Shown here one piece after another: positions 50,901 to 62,329 of a DNA stretch of 64,000 nucleotides (position 1 is the stretch's first letter; each line of letters starts with the position of its first letter). The notes beneath the pieces are model-generated. The model was not told where the DNA came from. It saw nothing but the letters and a program-made list of their open reading frames with translations, and did not search any database. The stretch is from Macrostomum lignano. Its lineage: Eukaryota. Made by a program: the position numbers and the translations under genes. The stretch is taken from positions 124,001-188,000 of the forward strand of contig NIVC01000387.1 of the NCBI GenBank assembly GCA_002269645.1, given 5' to 3'.

Positions 50901-53900
50901 TCCGGATCTCCGGTCTGGCCAGCGGTGCAGCAAAACATCCGGTCGGCAAGCCGCGCATCGCAGCAGGCGGTCTGCAGCTTTTGGGCTGACCATTTTCAGT
51001 CTGGGTGGATGAGGGATATGCGAATCATTCAAGCCCTCAATTCCACCTGCGCCTGATGTAGGGCTGCTCCCCATGGAGTCCCTTGCCGCTTATATTTGCC
51101 TTCTATAATCAGGAATTTCTTGGGCAATGGCTGCACTTTTCTAACAATTTAAGACAACTTAAAGAAGCTTAAGTATATAGGATGTTTTCGCTTGTCGCTT
51201 GGCTCAGCCACATGGCTTTGGCCTCTATATGCTCATGCCAGTTGTTGAGTGGTCGGCTCTGGAGTACATTGAGTTCAAACTGGCTAGGGATAAGTGCATC
51301 TAATGTACATTGAGTCCACACTAGCCAGGGATAAGTGCATCTGATGTACATTGAGTCCACGCTGGACAAAGAATTTCGCTCCTGATTTCGAAGAAACGAC
51401 TCTAAAAGCCTTGCGAGCGATGATTTAAAGTAGGTTAAACGGCGTACTTGAATTTTCAGCCATGCCGATTCCCGGGACAAGCGGCATTTTGAAAATTTGA
51501 GTCTTAAACAAGCAAAAAAATCTGAGCCCTAGTCGAGTTGCCACTTTCCCATCAATAATAGATTGATTTCAATGCCTTTTAGCAGTTCATCTGCGCCGTT
51601 CGCATATAATCAACTAAGCTCGTAGCTGCACAGTGCAGAAGTGCGCGGCCTGTTGATTGAGTTTATTTCAAAATTCAACTCTGAATAACGAAAAAAAAGT
51701 TTCTTTCTAATCCTGCGCTCGAATTGAGAGTTCCGGGATGGCGCACTATTCGCATGGGACTGACGGAGGCTCAAATGCAGTGCTTGGGAGACAAACAGCT
51801 CTGTTTTTCAGCGCTTCAGGACCGAGGGGAAGCGTTGGGATTTGCAGAGGGCCTCGATGGCACCCAATTTCTCCTGTATCTGTCCCGGCAAGCGCGGCAA
51901 GTTCCGCCCCAACCCATGCAGTGGCGGGGCCGCTGACAAGCACCACTGGTAGATCAAGGACGTAACATGTCAAAATTATAGAAATTTTAAATTGAAGGCC
52001 CAGTTTTGCTTTTAAACGCACTAGCATTTTTTGGCAATTTTGGCAATTAAATAATGCATTTCGACACATTTTGATGTCCGCTTACTATCAGTGGTCCTTG
52101 GTCACGGATCCAGTTGGTGGTTCATTGGATCGGTAGTCAAGCAAGAGGTTACTGAGTGCAAGTCATCTCGGACAAGAAGGACGCCACAGGGAGGTCAGTG
52201 GCCCGGCCGCGCACTTGTTAGCAGGGTACAGGGTTGGTCACCGAGTCGACAAGTCCAGAGAACTCAGTCGCCGAAGTCCTCAGAGACCGCGGCCGCACTG
52301 CCGTAAAGAACAAAGTAGAGAGAAAGCAGAAATCCCCATTGGAAGCTGGAGCACCCGCCTCATCCGCATAGCAGCCGAATTCGCACTTGGCGAGATAATT
52401 GATTTTCAATCCCTCCGCGCAAAGCCCCACCAGCTCGCGTGCCCCTCCCTCTTGGCTGGGAAGTTAATAGCGAGTCTCTCCGACGCCTCTCCCGCCAATT
52501 TCTCAGAGGGGCTCGCGGCACCAAATCCAGATTAGCTTTCAGTTTTTTAATCCACCAAGGAGTCCCAGCTAAGCTCGCTTCTTATCCTTTATCTCTGATC
52601 ATTTATATTCCCAGTCCTCCTTTAAGCCGCCCCAGCTGAATTCGCGGAGCTCTTTAAGTCTATTAAGTCTGCAGCAGATTTTCAAAGAGCGTCTGCAATG
52701 CTCCGAAAGTTCTTGCGGGCAAGCTCAAGCAAAGATTAAAGAGAATGCGTGAGTTGGATCTGAGCCAGGCATGCTAATCCTGCGGTGCTGCTGCATGAAA
52801 TAAAAAATCTGTTTTGACAAACTGAACTTGATTGCTTGTGTCCGACTGTGTCCGACTGTGTCCGAATTGGTTATAAGGTCATTGGGGAATTGGATGCAGA
52901 ACCCTTGGCCATACTGTCTTGCGTGTGTGACTTCGGCGTCTGGAAGACGCTCGGACAATGCAGGTCGGATAATAGAGTCCGAGAGTGGCCGAGGATGATT
53001 GTCTCCGAGTAATAGTGTCCGACTGAGATTGTTGCTTAGCAAGATAGTGTCCAAGTAAGTTAGTGTCCGAGTAATATTGTGTCCGAGTAAATAATGTCCG
53101 AGTAATATAGTGTCTGTGTAATAAAGTGTCCGAGTAATATAGTGTCCAAGTAATATAGTGTCCGAGAAATATAGTGTCCGAGGGTCGAGCTTGCAAACTC
53201 TGCAAGAGAAATATCCGACGAGAAGTGAATTTTTCCTAGTAAATTGTCTGAAAATGTTGTCCCAAAGAACAAAACAGTTTTCTGGCTAAAAGCCTCTGCA
53301 GGCCTGGCTGGTCATCAGACAACTGACAAAATCCATTTCATGCCTTCAATTAATTCGCCTTCTTGGAAAGTTAGAAAGCAAAATCGCATTAGCGCTCGGC
53401 ATCAAAGAGCTGTTAGAAGAATAGCTGGCGAGTCAACCGAGCGGAAAATTGAGCTCAAAAGCCTGACGGATTTCTGGCAAGCAGCTTATAATCTAATAGA
53501 CTCTGCAGCTCAGCAGTTGCAGCTGTCGAACAGAGTCTTTGAACTTCACGAATTACCTTGCTCCCTTCTCTGCTATTCCCCCCTGTTTCATTTTGTCCCC
53601 CTCTTCCGTTTCTTCCCCTCCTCTTCCGTTTCTTCCCCTCCTCTCCTGTTTCTTCCCCTCCTCTTCAGTTTCTTCCCCTCCTCTTCCGTTTCTTCCCCTC
53701 CTCTTCCGTTTCTTCCCCTCCTCTCCTGTTTCTTCCCCTCCTCTTCCGTTTCTTCCCCTCCTCTTCCGTTTCTTCCCCTCCTCTTCCGTTTCTTCCCCTC
53801 CTCTTCCGTTTCTTCCCCTCCTCTTCCGTTTCTTCCCCTCCTCTTCCGTTTCTTCCCCTCCTCTTCCGTTTCTTCCCCTCCTCTTCCGTTTCTTCCCCTC

Positions 53901-55446
53901 CTCTTCCGTTTCTTCCCTCCTCTTCCGTTTCTTCCCCTCCTCTTCCGTTTCTTCCCCTCCTCTTCCGTTTCTTCCCCTCCTCTTCCGTTTCTTCCCCTCC
54001 TCTTCCGTTTCTTCCCCTCCTCTTCCGTTTCTTCCCCTCCTCTTCCGTTTCTTCCCCTCCTCTTCCGTTTCTTCCCCTCCTCTTCCGTTTCTTCCCCTCC
54101 TCTTCCGTTTCTTCCCCTCCTCTTCCGTTTCTTCCCCTCCTCTTCCGTTTCTTCCCCTCCTCTTCCGTTTCTTCCCCTCCTCTTCCGTTTCTTCCCCTCC
54201 TCTTCCGTTTCTTCCCCTCCTCTTCCGTTTCTTCCCCTCCTCTTCCGTTTCTTCCCCTCCTCTTCCGTTTCTTCCCCTCCTCTTCCGTTTCTTCCCCTCC
54301 TCTTCCGTTTCTTCCCCTCGTTTCTTCCCCTCCTCTTCCGTTTCTTCCCCTCCTCTTCCGTTTCTTCCCCTCCTCTTCCGTTTCTTCCCCTCCTCTTCCG
54401 TTTCTTCCCCTCCTCTTCCATTTCTTCCCCTCCTCTTCCGTTTCTTGCCCTCCTCTTCCGTTTCTTCCCCTCCTCTTCCGTTTCTTCCCCTCGTTTCTTC
54501 CCCTCCTCTTCCGTTTCTTCCCCTCGTTTCTTCTCCCCTCCTCTTCCGTTTCTTCCCCTCCTCTTCCGTTTCTTCCCCTCGTTTCTTCTCCCCTCCTCTT
54601 CCGTTTCTTCCCCTCCTCTTCCGTTTCTTCCCTCTTCTTCCATCGCTTCTCCTTTTTGCTCCCCTCTTTTCCACATTTTCGTATCAATTTTTCATTTACT
54701 TACTTTGCCACCTGTGATGCCGTCCATAGCAGCTGCTGAACACAACTTGGCTCTTTTCTCCCGTTTCCTCCGCAGGCGTCCCGCACGAGCTGTACAGCAT
54801 CCTGGTTGCGCAATACCCCTGGTACCTGGGCTCCGAGCTCTGCCGGCTGCGCAGCTTCCTTGCCGAGCTGACTCCCACAGTCAGCATCCTCACCATCACT
54901 TGCTTCACCGTGGAACGCTACATCGCCATCGCGCACCCCCTGCGAGCGCAGGTGATCTCCAGCTTCAAGCGGACTCTCTTCATCATCCTGTCTCTCTGGC
55001 TACTCGGTGGCCTCGTCTGCGTCCCCGTCGGCTTGGCTTCGGCGCCCGTGCCCTACGTGGTGTACCCGAACCTGTCCGAGTCCCGCTACGCCGCTCTCGG
55101 CTGCCCGGAGCCGCCCTGGGCGAACCTGACCGGCCAGCCGATTCCCCTCAGCGTGGTTTGCAACTGCGCCCAGTGCGACACGCACATCCAGGTTTCCGGC
55201 CTGCTGTTCTTTGTGGTGCCCGTCTGCGTCATCGCCGTGCTGTACCTGCTGATTGCGGTGGCTCTGCGCCGCTCCAACCCCATGTCCAGCCGCGGCAGCC
55301 GGGGGGCCGACGCGGGGGCCAGCGGCGCCCGCGATAACAGGCGGGACAGAGACCGGCGATCTAAGAACTCGGTTGTTCGAATGCTCGGTGAGTCTGTCTG
55401 TCTGTCTGTCTTAGTGTCTTAGTGTCTTAGTGTCTTAGTGTCTTAG

Positions 55447-55525
<79 letters not shown>

Positions 55526-58500
55526 AGGTTTTGAATTCCAATGTTGGTCAGTCCTTACCGCATTTCATCATTTTATTCAACATCAGTTAACTGTAAAACC
55601 CTCTTCCGTTGGGACTAAGAACACTTATTTGCACTCGAAGAAAAGTGAATCTCCATCATCTCTAAGAGCCGCTGGGCAGCCCCTTTGTGCGGAGGAATTC
55701 TCTTCGCTCTGTCGCGCGCAAATCACACCAAATCGGTGAGCCTTTGAGCAGCCGGCCACAGCCACCGGGATCAATCACGCTGGGGCCGAGCGCCTCCGCT
55801 GGAGCCGCATGACGCGCAACCGGCGGGACCACCGATTTGTCACCGGTGGGGGGGGGGTTGTTGCCGAGCGGGGACTTCACAGCCCGGGCAGGGATTATGC
55901 ATCGGAGGCTGGCCGGATAGAACCGCTCGAGTTGAATGAATTAACGGTGACCGAGCAATTTTAGCGCGCAGTTCTTTAAAGACAGACTCTCTCACTCTCA
56001 CTTTCTCAAGATGAAGGCTTGCCAGCCTCCCCGCGCGCTGTCCCGCGGGAGTTCTGGCGCAGCGGCAGACCGGAGCTTCGCCCTCGGGGGCGCGGCGGCA
56101 TTGCGAATTCCGGTCGGGTGGCGATAATTCGCCCCTAATTGCGGAATCTGCGCTCCCCGCTGCCCTGCTCGGCTGGGCGGCTGTCCTATTTTTAGCCGGG
56201 CAGCGGACTCGGGAACAATGGCGGCCGAACAAGCGGGGCGACACGGCTGGGGAACAATGGGGAACCCGGGCCGGACTTCCGGTGCGTCGGCCCTTGCCCG
56301 GTGAAGAAGCAGGAGGACTTGTTTGTCTGCCGGGCATTGTCCCCGCTCCCCAGCCTCCTTCCCCATCAATCATTGCGGTCGAGCAGCGGCAAGTTCAGTT
56401 CGGAGAGCCTGGGGAGAGGTTGATGCCGGACTGCAGGATATTTGCGGCTTTTATCCCCCTAGCGCTTATAAATACTGGTGGAACAGCCGGAGGAAGACGG
56501 GATAATGCCGAGATGAAAGCCGATATCCACAGCCCGGGGGAAGCTGGCCATTTCCCATTTATGCTCGCTCGCCAAGAGACGGCGCTGGGAGAGGCGGCCG
56601 AGCCACCTCCGGAAGAGCGGCAGATGGCCTCAATCTCTGCCGCTTCTCCGCTTATCCTGGCCACTTCGCCGCTCTCAGGAGCGGATGCGAGATGGCAGAA
56701 GGACATGAAGTTCTCAGACTGGCTCCAGGAATAATTCTGAGATTCGAGAACTTTGTCATCGCTCTGTTTCTCTGTTTAGTGCTGCCGCCCCAGACTGCCG
56801 GCATGGAAAATCCTTCCAAGTGTTTTCAATGTGGAGTTTGCTCAGGAAGTTTAGTCTAATTTGTGTTCATAATTTTATCCCTATTATTTCAGTGGTAATC
56901 GTGGTCACATTCTTCATCTGTTGGGCGCCGTTCCACCTGCAGCGCCTGTTGGCCACCTACGGCCGCCTGCAGTACCTGCCGGCGCCGATCACCAATGCGC
57001 TGTACTTTTGTTCGGGTGAGCAGGGCTGCGAGGTGCTTGTCGGGGAGACAATGAGGGGCAGGGTGTGAGGTGGTTGTCGAGGAGGGACAGTGAAGGGCAG
57101 GGAGTGAGGTGGTTGTCGAGGAGGGACAGTGAGGGGCAGGGTGTGAGGTGGTTGTCGAGGAGGGACAGTGAGGGGCAGGGAGTGAGGTGGTTGTCGAGGA
57201 GGGACAGTGAGGGGCAGGGAGTGAGGTGGTTGTCGGGTATGGACAGTGAGGGGCAGGGTGTGAGGTAGTTGTTGAGGAGGGACAGTGAGGGGCAGGGTGT
57301 GAGGTGGTTGTCGAGGAGGGACAGTGAGGGGCAGGGTGTGAGGTGGTTGTCGAGGAGGGACAGTGAGGGGCAGGGTGTGAGGTGGTTGTCGAGGAGGGAC
57401 AGTGAGGGGCAGGGAGTGAGGTGGTTGTCGAGGAGGGACAGTGAGGGGCAGGGAGTGAAGTGGTTGTCAAGGAGGGACAGTAATGAGCAGGGAGTGAGGT
57501 GGTTGTCGAGGAGGGACAGTGAGGGGCAGGGAGTGAGGTGGTTGTCGAGGAGGGACAGTGAGGGGCAGGGAGTGAAGTGGTTGTCGGGTATGGACAGTGA
57601 GGGGCAGGGAGTGAGGTGGTTGTCGCAGTGAGTGCTGGGGCAGGGTTGTCAGGGAGGGACAATGGGGTGTTTAGCAAGGTTGAGTAGCTCAGGGTTTCGC
57701 TAATCCAGAGTTAAATTACTTTTAATTCGCAGGGATTTGCATTGGATTTGCTCAGAATCTGCTCAATATTGTCTCTGTGCTTTCAGGACCCTTCCCAACC
57801 GGATTATGACACTTCAGAAAGCAAAAGCAGAGCTGCTTGAGTTTAATACTCTCTTGTCTCTAATATAGGCGAGTTCTTGGTCAGGCAACTTCTTCTTGCA
57901 GTGCTTTTCAGGAGGCCATCAAGCCCACTACACACGGCTTTGTTGTTGCGATGAATTTCCTGTTTGTGTCTTTTATTTCTGAAGCCATCTTTGAAGGCTG
58001 ATGTCCGCTGCTCAGAAGATGGACTCGGCGGATGGACTCGGTCGTGAAAACAAAGGTGGACGCATTCAATTGCGGATCTCTTGGTTAAGAAGGCCTATCA
58101 ATCCCGAATCTTGAATGCTCGACTCAAACAAGCAGAAGAGATACTAAAAGCTCAACTGCGGCCCTTCCGATAGAACCTGACTGTCTTGTTTGTCACGAAA
58201 AATCAGCCTGTTCAAACCTCTTTTATTGAAGTCCGAAAACAGACGGGACTGAGAATCGAACTCAGGTCAATCTTTGTAAACAAGGCAGTTTGCACCAGTT
58301 TGGAGATGCCGTGTAGCAGGCATCGCTTGATGGCTTTTGAGTAATGGCCATGGTTTATCGGGTATTGGGTATCGGGTATCGGGAATAGGGTATCGGGTAT
58401 CAGGTATCGGGTATCGGGTATCAGGTATCGGGTATCGGGTATCGGGTATCGGGTATCGGGTATCGAGTATCGGGTATCGGGTATCGGGTATCGGGTATCA

Positions 58501-58991
58501 GGTATCGGGTATCGGGTATCGGGTATCGGGTATCGGGTATCGGGTATCGGGTATCGGGTATCGGGTATCGAGTATCGGGTATCGGGTATCGGGTATCGGG
58601 TATCGAGTATCGGGTATCGGGTACCCCCTGCCGCTCACCCGCAGGCTCCCTGTACTACGTATCGTCCACGCTGAACCCAATCTTCTACAATCTGATGTCG
58701 GCAAAGTTCCGGCAGGGCTTCCGGTACGTCTTCTGCGGCGGCAGCGCCGGCGGCGCCCTCGGCGGTGGAGGAGGACACCGGCGCCGGTTCGACACCGCCA
58801 CGGGGGGCACCATAGCGGTTGCCATGACGACCCGAAACGGCGGCCTAAGCCCCAGTCCGAGCGGCCTCGGTGGACCGCCGTCCCGTTCGCCCTCAGCTGT
58901 CGGCGGCTGGAAGGCCCCGGCAACCGAGAAGGAGGCCGCCATGCTGATGCCGCCGCCGACTGCCAGCCGGCAGATGGAAAGCCGGATCTGA
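47981..58991 (+). CDS. Class A neuropeptide GPCR, neuromedin-U / capa / PRXamide receptor family; 4 exons, about 446 aa
   Basis: Exons 47981-48239, 54776-55387, 56893-57015 and 58645-58991 join in frame (1341 nt). Motifs: GN (TM1), TNLYLFSLAVSD (TM2), ELY, ERY, FFICWAPFHLQRL (TM6), LNPIFYNLMSAKFR (TM7/H8). The acidic and basic pocket residues (ELY, AE, QR) are typical of NMUR-like receptors. Confidence 0.9.
48390..48572. repeat. 28-bp minisatellite, GPCR intron 1
   Basis: gggaattagctgaccaacctgagcatta, about 6 copies. Confidence 0.93.
50345..50697. repeat. 31-bp minisatellite, GPCR intron 1
   Basis: atttacaggctcagtggaaagttccgaagct, about 11 copies. Confidence 0.95.
52965..53185. repeat. About 16-bp degenerate repeat (gtgtccgagtaatata), GPCR intron 1
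   Basis: Direct reading of the sequence. Confidence 0.85.
53600..54632. repeat. 20-bp polypyrimidine minisatellite (ctcttccgtttcttcccctc), GPCR intron 1
   Basis: About 50 copies. Confidence 0.97.
55389..55523. repeat. (CTGT)n/(CTTAGTGT)n microsatellite at the GPCR exon 2 donor
   Basis: Direct reading of the sequence. Confidence 0.95.
55700..56750 (-). mobile_element. Possible decayed LTR-retrotransposon gag fragment in GPCR intron 2
   Basis: GC-rich block with AEIEAICRSS and FGRHCSRVRCPAKNRT, resembling the 'KAI.ICR' helix and 'CG..H....CPA' knuckle of Gypsy Gag; judged by eye only. Confidence 0.3.
57060..57628. repeat. 39-bp G-rich minisatellite, GPCR intron 3
   Basis: gtgaggtggttgtcgaggagggacagtgaggggcaggga, about 14 copies. 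Confidence 0.96.
58360..58623. repeat. (GGGTATC)n 7-bp repeat ending at the GPCR exon 4 acceptor region
   Basis: About 36 copies. Confidence 0.96.
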
Positions 58992-59214
58992 GGCGGGCCG
59001 GCAGTCCACCAGGATGAGTGACAGCCGCTTGAGCACGCTAATTTTTTATTGTCGTCGCCTTTGTTGTAAAAAAGTGATATTTAACCATGACCTGATGTTT
59101 CCGAACGAAGCGCAGCTGGAGGGCCTCGCGCAGCACGTAGCATGTCTGCGTGTTTGCGTCGCTTTCATGGGCAGCCACCGTGAGCGAATGGGAAATCAAG
59201 GTGAGCTGCAGTTC

Positions 59215-60012
59215 ACCTGCTGTGATTGGGTGGCAGCTCTAAGCTCCAACTCAACCCTGCTGTGATTGGGTGACAGCTCTAAGCTCCAACTCAACCCTGC
59301 TGTGATTGGGTGGCAGCTCTAAGCTCCAACTCAACTCTGCTGTGATTGGGTGGCAGCTCTAGCTCCAACTCAACCCTGCTGTGATTGGGTGACAGCTCTA
59401 AGCTCCAACTCAACCCTGCTGTGATTGGGTGACAGCTCTAAGCTCCAACTCAACCCTGCTGTGATTGGGTGGCAGCTCTAAGCTCCAACTCAACCCTGCT
59501 GTGATTGGGTGACAGCTCTAAGCTCCAACTCAACCCTGCTGTGATTGGGTGACAGCTCTAAGCTCCAACTCAACCCTGCTGTGATTGGGTGGCAGCTCTA
59601 AGCTCCAACTCAACCCTGCTGTGATTGGGTGGCAGCTCTGAGCTCCAATTCAACCCTGCTGTGATTGGGTGGCAGCTCTGAGCTCCAACTCAACCCTGCT
59701 GTGATTGGGTGGCAGCTCTGAGCTCCAACTCAACCCTGCTGTGATTGGGTGACAGCTCTGAGCTCCAACTCAACTCTGCTGTGATTGGGTGGCAGCTCTG
59801 AGCTCCAACTCAACTCTGCTGTGATTGGGTGACAGCTCTGAGCTCCAACTCAACCCTGCTGTGATTGGGTGGCAGCTCTGAGCTCCAACTCAACCCTGCT
59901 GTGATTGGGTGACAGCTCTGAGCTCCAACTCAACCCTGCTGTGATTGGGTGGCAGCTCTAAGCTCCAAATCAACCCTGCTGTGATTGGGTGACAGCTCTG
60001 AGCTCCAACTCA
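59215..60012. repeat. 40-bp minisatellite downstream of the GPCR stop
   Basis: ctgctgtgattgggtggcagctctaagctccaactcaacc, about 20 copies. Confidence 0.96.
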
Positions 60013-61049
60013 AGCTTCCTGCTTGATTTCACTTTATTAAAGTGTTCGCGTCCCCATATTGCCTCTGATCCGTCCAGTGCGCGGTCCCCGGATCAGCCAT
60101 CCCGCTTGTTGTTAAACTCTCGGTCCCCAAGCACGCTCCAGTTCCTTGCTCTCTCTCTCTTTTTAGTCCATGCTGTGACATTGTTGTCTGGCAAAACCTT
60201 TCCCTGAACAGTTTGTCTGTAAAATTCAGCGTTGTGCCGTTGCTTTCTTGTCCGTGGTATATACTTACTCTACTCATACAAGTAGGAAGTGTAGGGCATG
60301 CTGGGCATCGAGGCGGCTCGCACTCACTGGAGGATGTAAAATTAATTTACAAAGAATATTTTAATGTTCTGTTTACAGTAAGCAGTATAAAAAACTGTTT
60401 CAGTAAACAAATCATAAATGCACATCAAGATGTGACTGTCAGACTTCTGTGGTTATCATATATAAATCAGCTATCAATAAATCATTTATTATTTTAATCT
60501 TAGATGTGATTTTTTTCCTGTTTCCATCAGGAAAATGGTGTCGCTATTTTCGTGTAGTATTTTCGTTTTTCTGCGCACAGCAAACAGAACTCATAATTGC
60601 AGCTATTCTAATCTTGTGTTTTGTTTCTCGTGCAGTCTTGAATAAACAAAGCGAATGCCCTGCAATCAGCCGGGAACTCTGCGGTTTAAATTAAACTGTT
60701 GTTCCAATTTTTGCATCTAGGAAACTCACTGGCAGAGTGGAAGAGAGTGAATGAGAAGAGGGGGTGAACTGTCTATTGGTGACCTCAATTATTTATTTTG
60801 TTAGAAACCGCAAGCTGCGTGATTGGCACAGTCTGGAGCCCATTAGCTTTTGCATGTCCGGAAGCTTCCATAAGGCCAGCAGCAGTTTTGACCCTTTACT
60901 TTACACCAGCTGGTGATCCAGGACCTCATCTCTGTGGACACACAGAAGTCCATGGCAAACGAAATTCAACAACACGAGCTGACTTTTTGTTGCGCACCTT
61001 CTCAATCAAGAATCAAGTCCCAAGCCCTTCAAAAACGTCGATATATTAA

Positions 61050-61426
61050 ACGATTCTGCCAGAAGGTCGGATTTTTCCCACAAGCGCCATTGTTTTCAGT
61101 ACACCCCTGTGCGCCAATCAAATTTAATCAACATGGTGACACCTGTTGAAGTTGCCAACCAATTTAGGGTAGCTTGAGGTATGCTTGAGAGACTAACTAA
61201 GGATGTCCAGCAGATGAGATTTGCCAACTGTCGAGGCCTAATAGGCGAAACCAGAGAAATTCGCAACAGGGTGTCCATGGTCACCTGGTGCCACCTGTTG
61301 AAGGTCTAGAAGCTCCGCCTGGGGGGGGGAGCCAGTGACCACCGAAGGCAGTGCTGATTGGCGCACAGGGGTTTACTGAATACACTGGCGCTTATGTGAA
61401 AAATCCGACCTTCTGGCAGAATCGTC
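61050..61426. mobile_element. MITE with about 70-bp TIRs
   Basis: acgattctgccagaaggtcggattttt..gtgcgccaatca is inverted at 61355-61425. Confidence 0.75.
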
Positions 61427-62329
61427 AAATATCTGTTCGTATCTGTTACTGTTGACAAACGCTCAAAGTACATCTAGAGCACTCTGCACTCGCTGTAAGA
61501 GATTCGCTTAAAAGAATTTTCGTGAACAATTGGGCATCGATTTTAAGTCAAATAAACAAAATTTGAGGATTAAAAATGGGAAAGCAATCTAATGAAGACA
61601 CTAACTGGTTGTATATTTTTAAGGCAATACGTCAACACCTTATGCAAAACAGCATTACAAAAAAAACGATTGATAGGAGTAAAAAGATCCAAGTGTCCGG
61701 CTGATTGCGTTACATGTAGAGGACATGAGCAAACAATGCTGTGTGCAGATAGTTATTGGGCACGGCAAAAAGATAAAAATATTGATAATTGAACTTTCAA
61801 GGCTCTTCAATAATATGCGATTAAGCTGCTACGAGCGTAAATTGTGCGAAACACAGCAGAACTGCGGAGATTTTGTTAGCCACTCATCTCTTTCATGAGG
61901 TTGGTTAGTCATGGTCTTCTTTCAAGTCTAGCAGGATCTTGCCGCTCCGACAGCTGCACCCCGAATTCACTGTGTGGGACTGCAAACTGACTACCGGCGA
62001 CTAACGGGAGTAGATAGTATAGAATATTACATAAAAAAATAAAAAATAAAATAAAATCACGATTATCATGGATAACAGAGTGATTAAAAGAGAAGGTTCT
62101 GAGATTCTGACGACTGTTTTAGTGGCCGCGGAGTCCACCGAGGAGGCACAGAGAAGCAAAGTACAAAAATGTAAATATTCAAGGTAGTTAATGCGCAAAG
62201 TGAATAATTTAAACAAATATTATTGAAACAATTGTGTGAAAAAAATTGTCGTCGATCATAAGAGGGATAGATTAAAATAAAGAGTAAAATTGTTCCAACG
62301 AATCCGATTCCGCGAGCCTGTGTGCTCAC

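Noticed and set aside
47808-53185. TCGGACA / TGTCCGA cores in opposite orientation at 47808-47965 and 52840-53185, as if TIRs of one element capturing GPCR exon 1
   Set aside because: Similarity is limited to a 7-bp core, the unit lengths differ, and no TSD or extended inverted match was found.
53244-55337. Long ORFs (697, 392, 373, 362 aa) with FFPSSSVSSPPLP or EETEEEGKKRKRR repeats
   Set aside because: Translations of an intronic 20-bp minisatellite, open in several frames and on both strands; the real GPCR exon starts at 54776.
58360-58623. (GGGTATC)n as a telomeric or interstitial telomere repeat
   Set aside because: Does not match TTAGGG-type repeats and lies inside an intron.
59215-60012. 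CRISPR-like appearance of the regular 20-46-bp arrays
   Set aside because: Units are head-to-tail with no unique spacers, there are no cas genes, and the context is eukaryotic.
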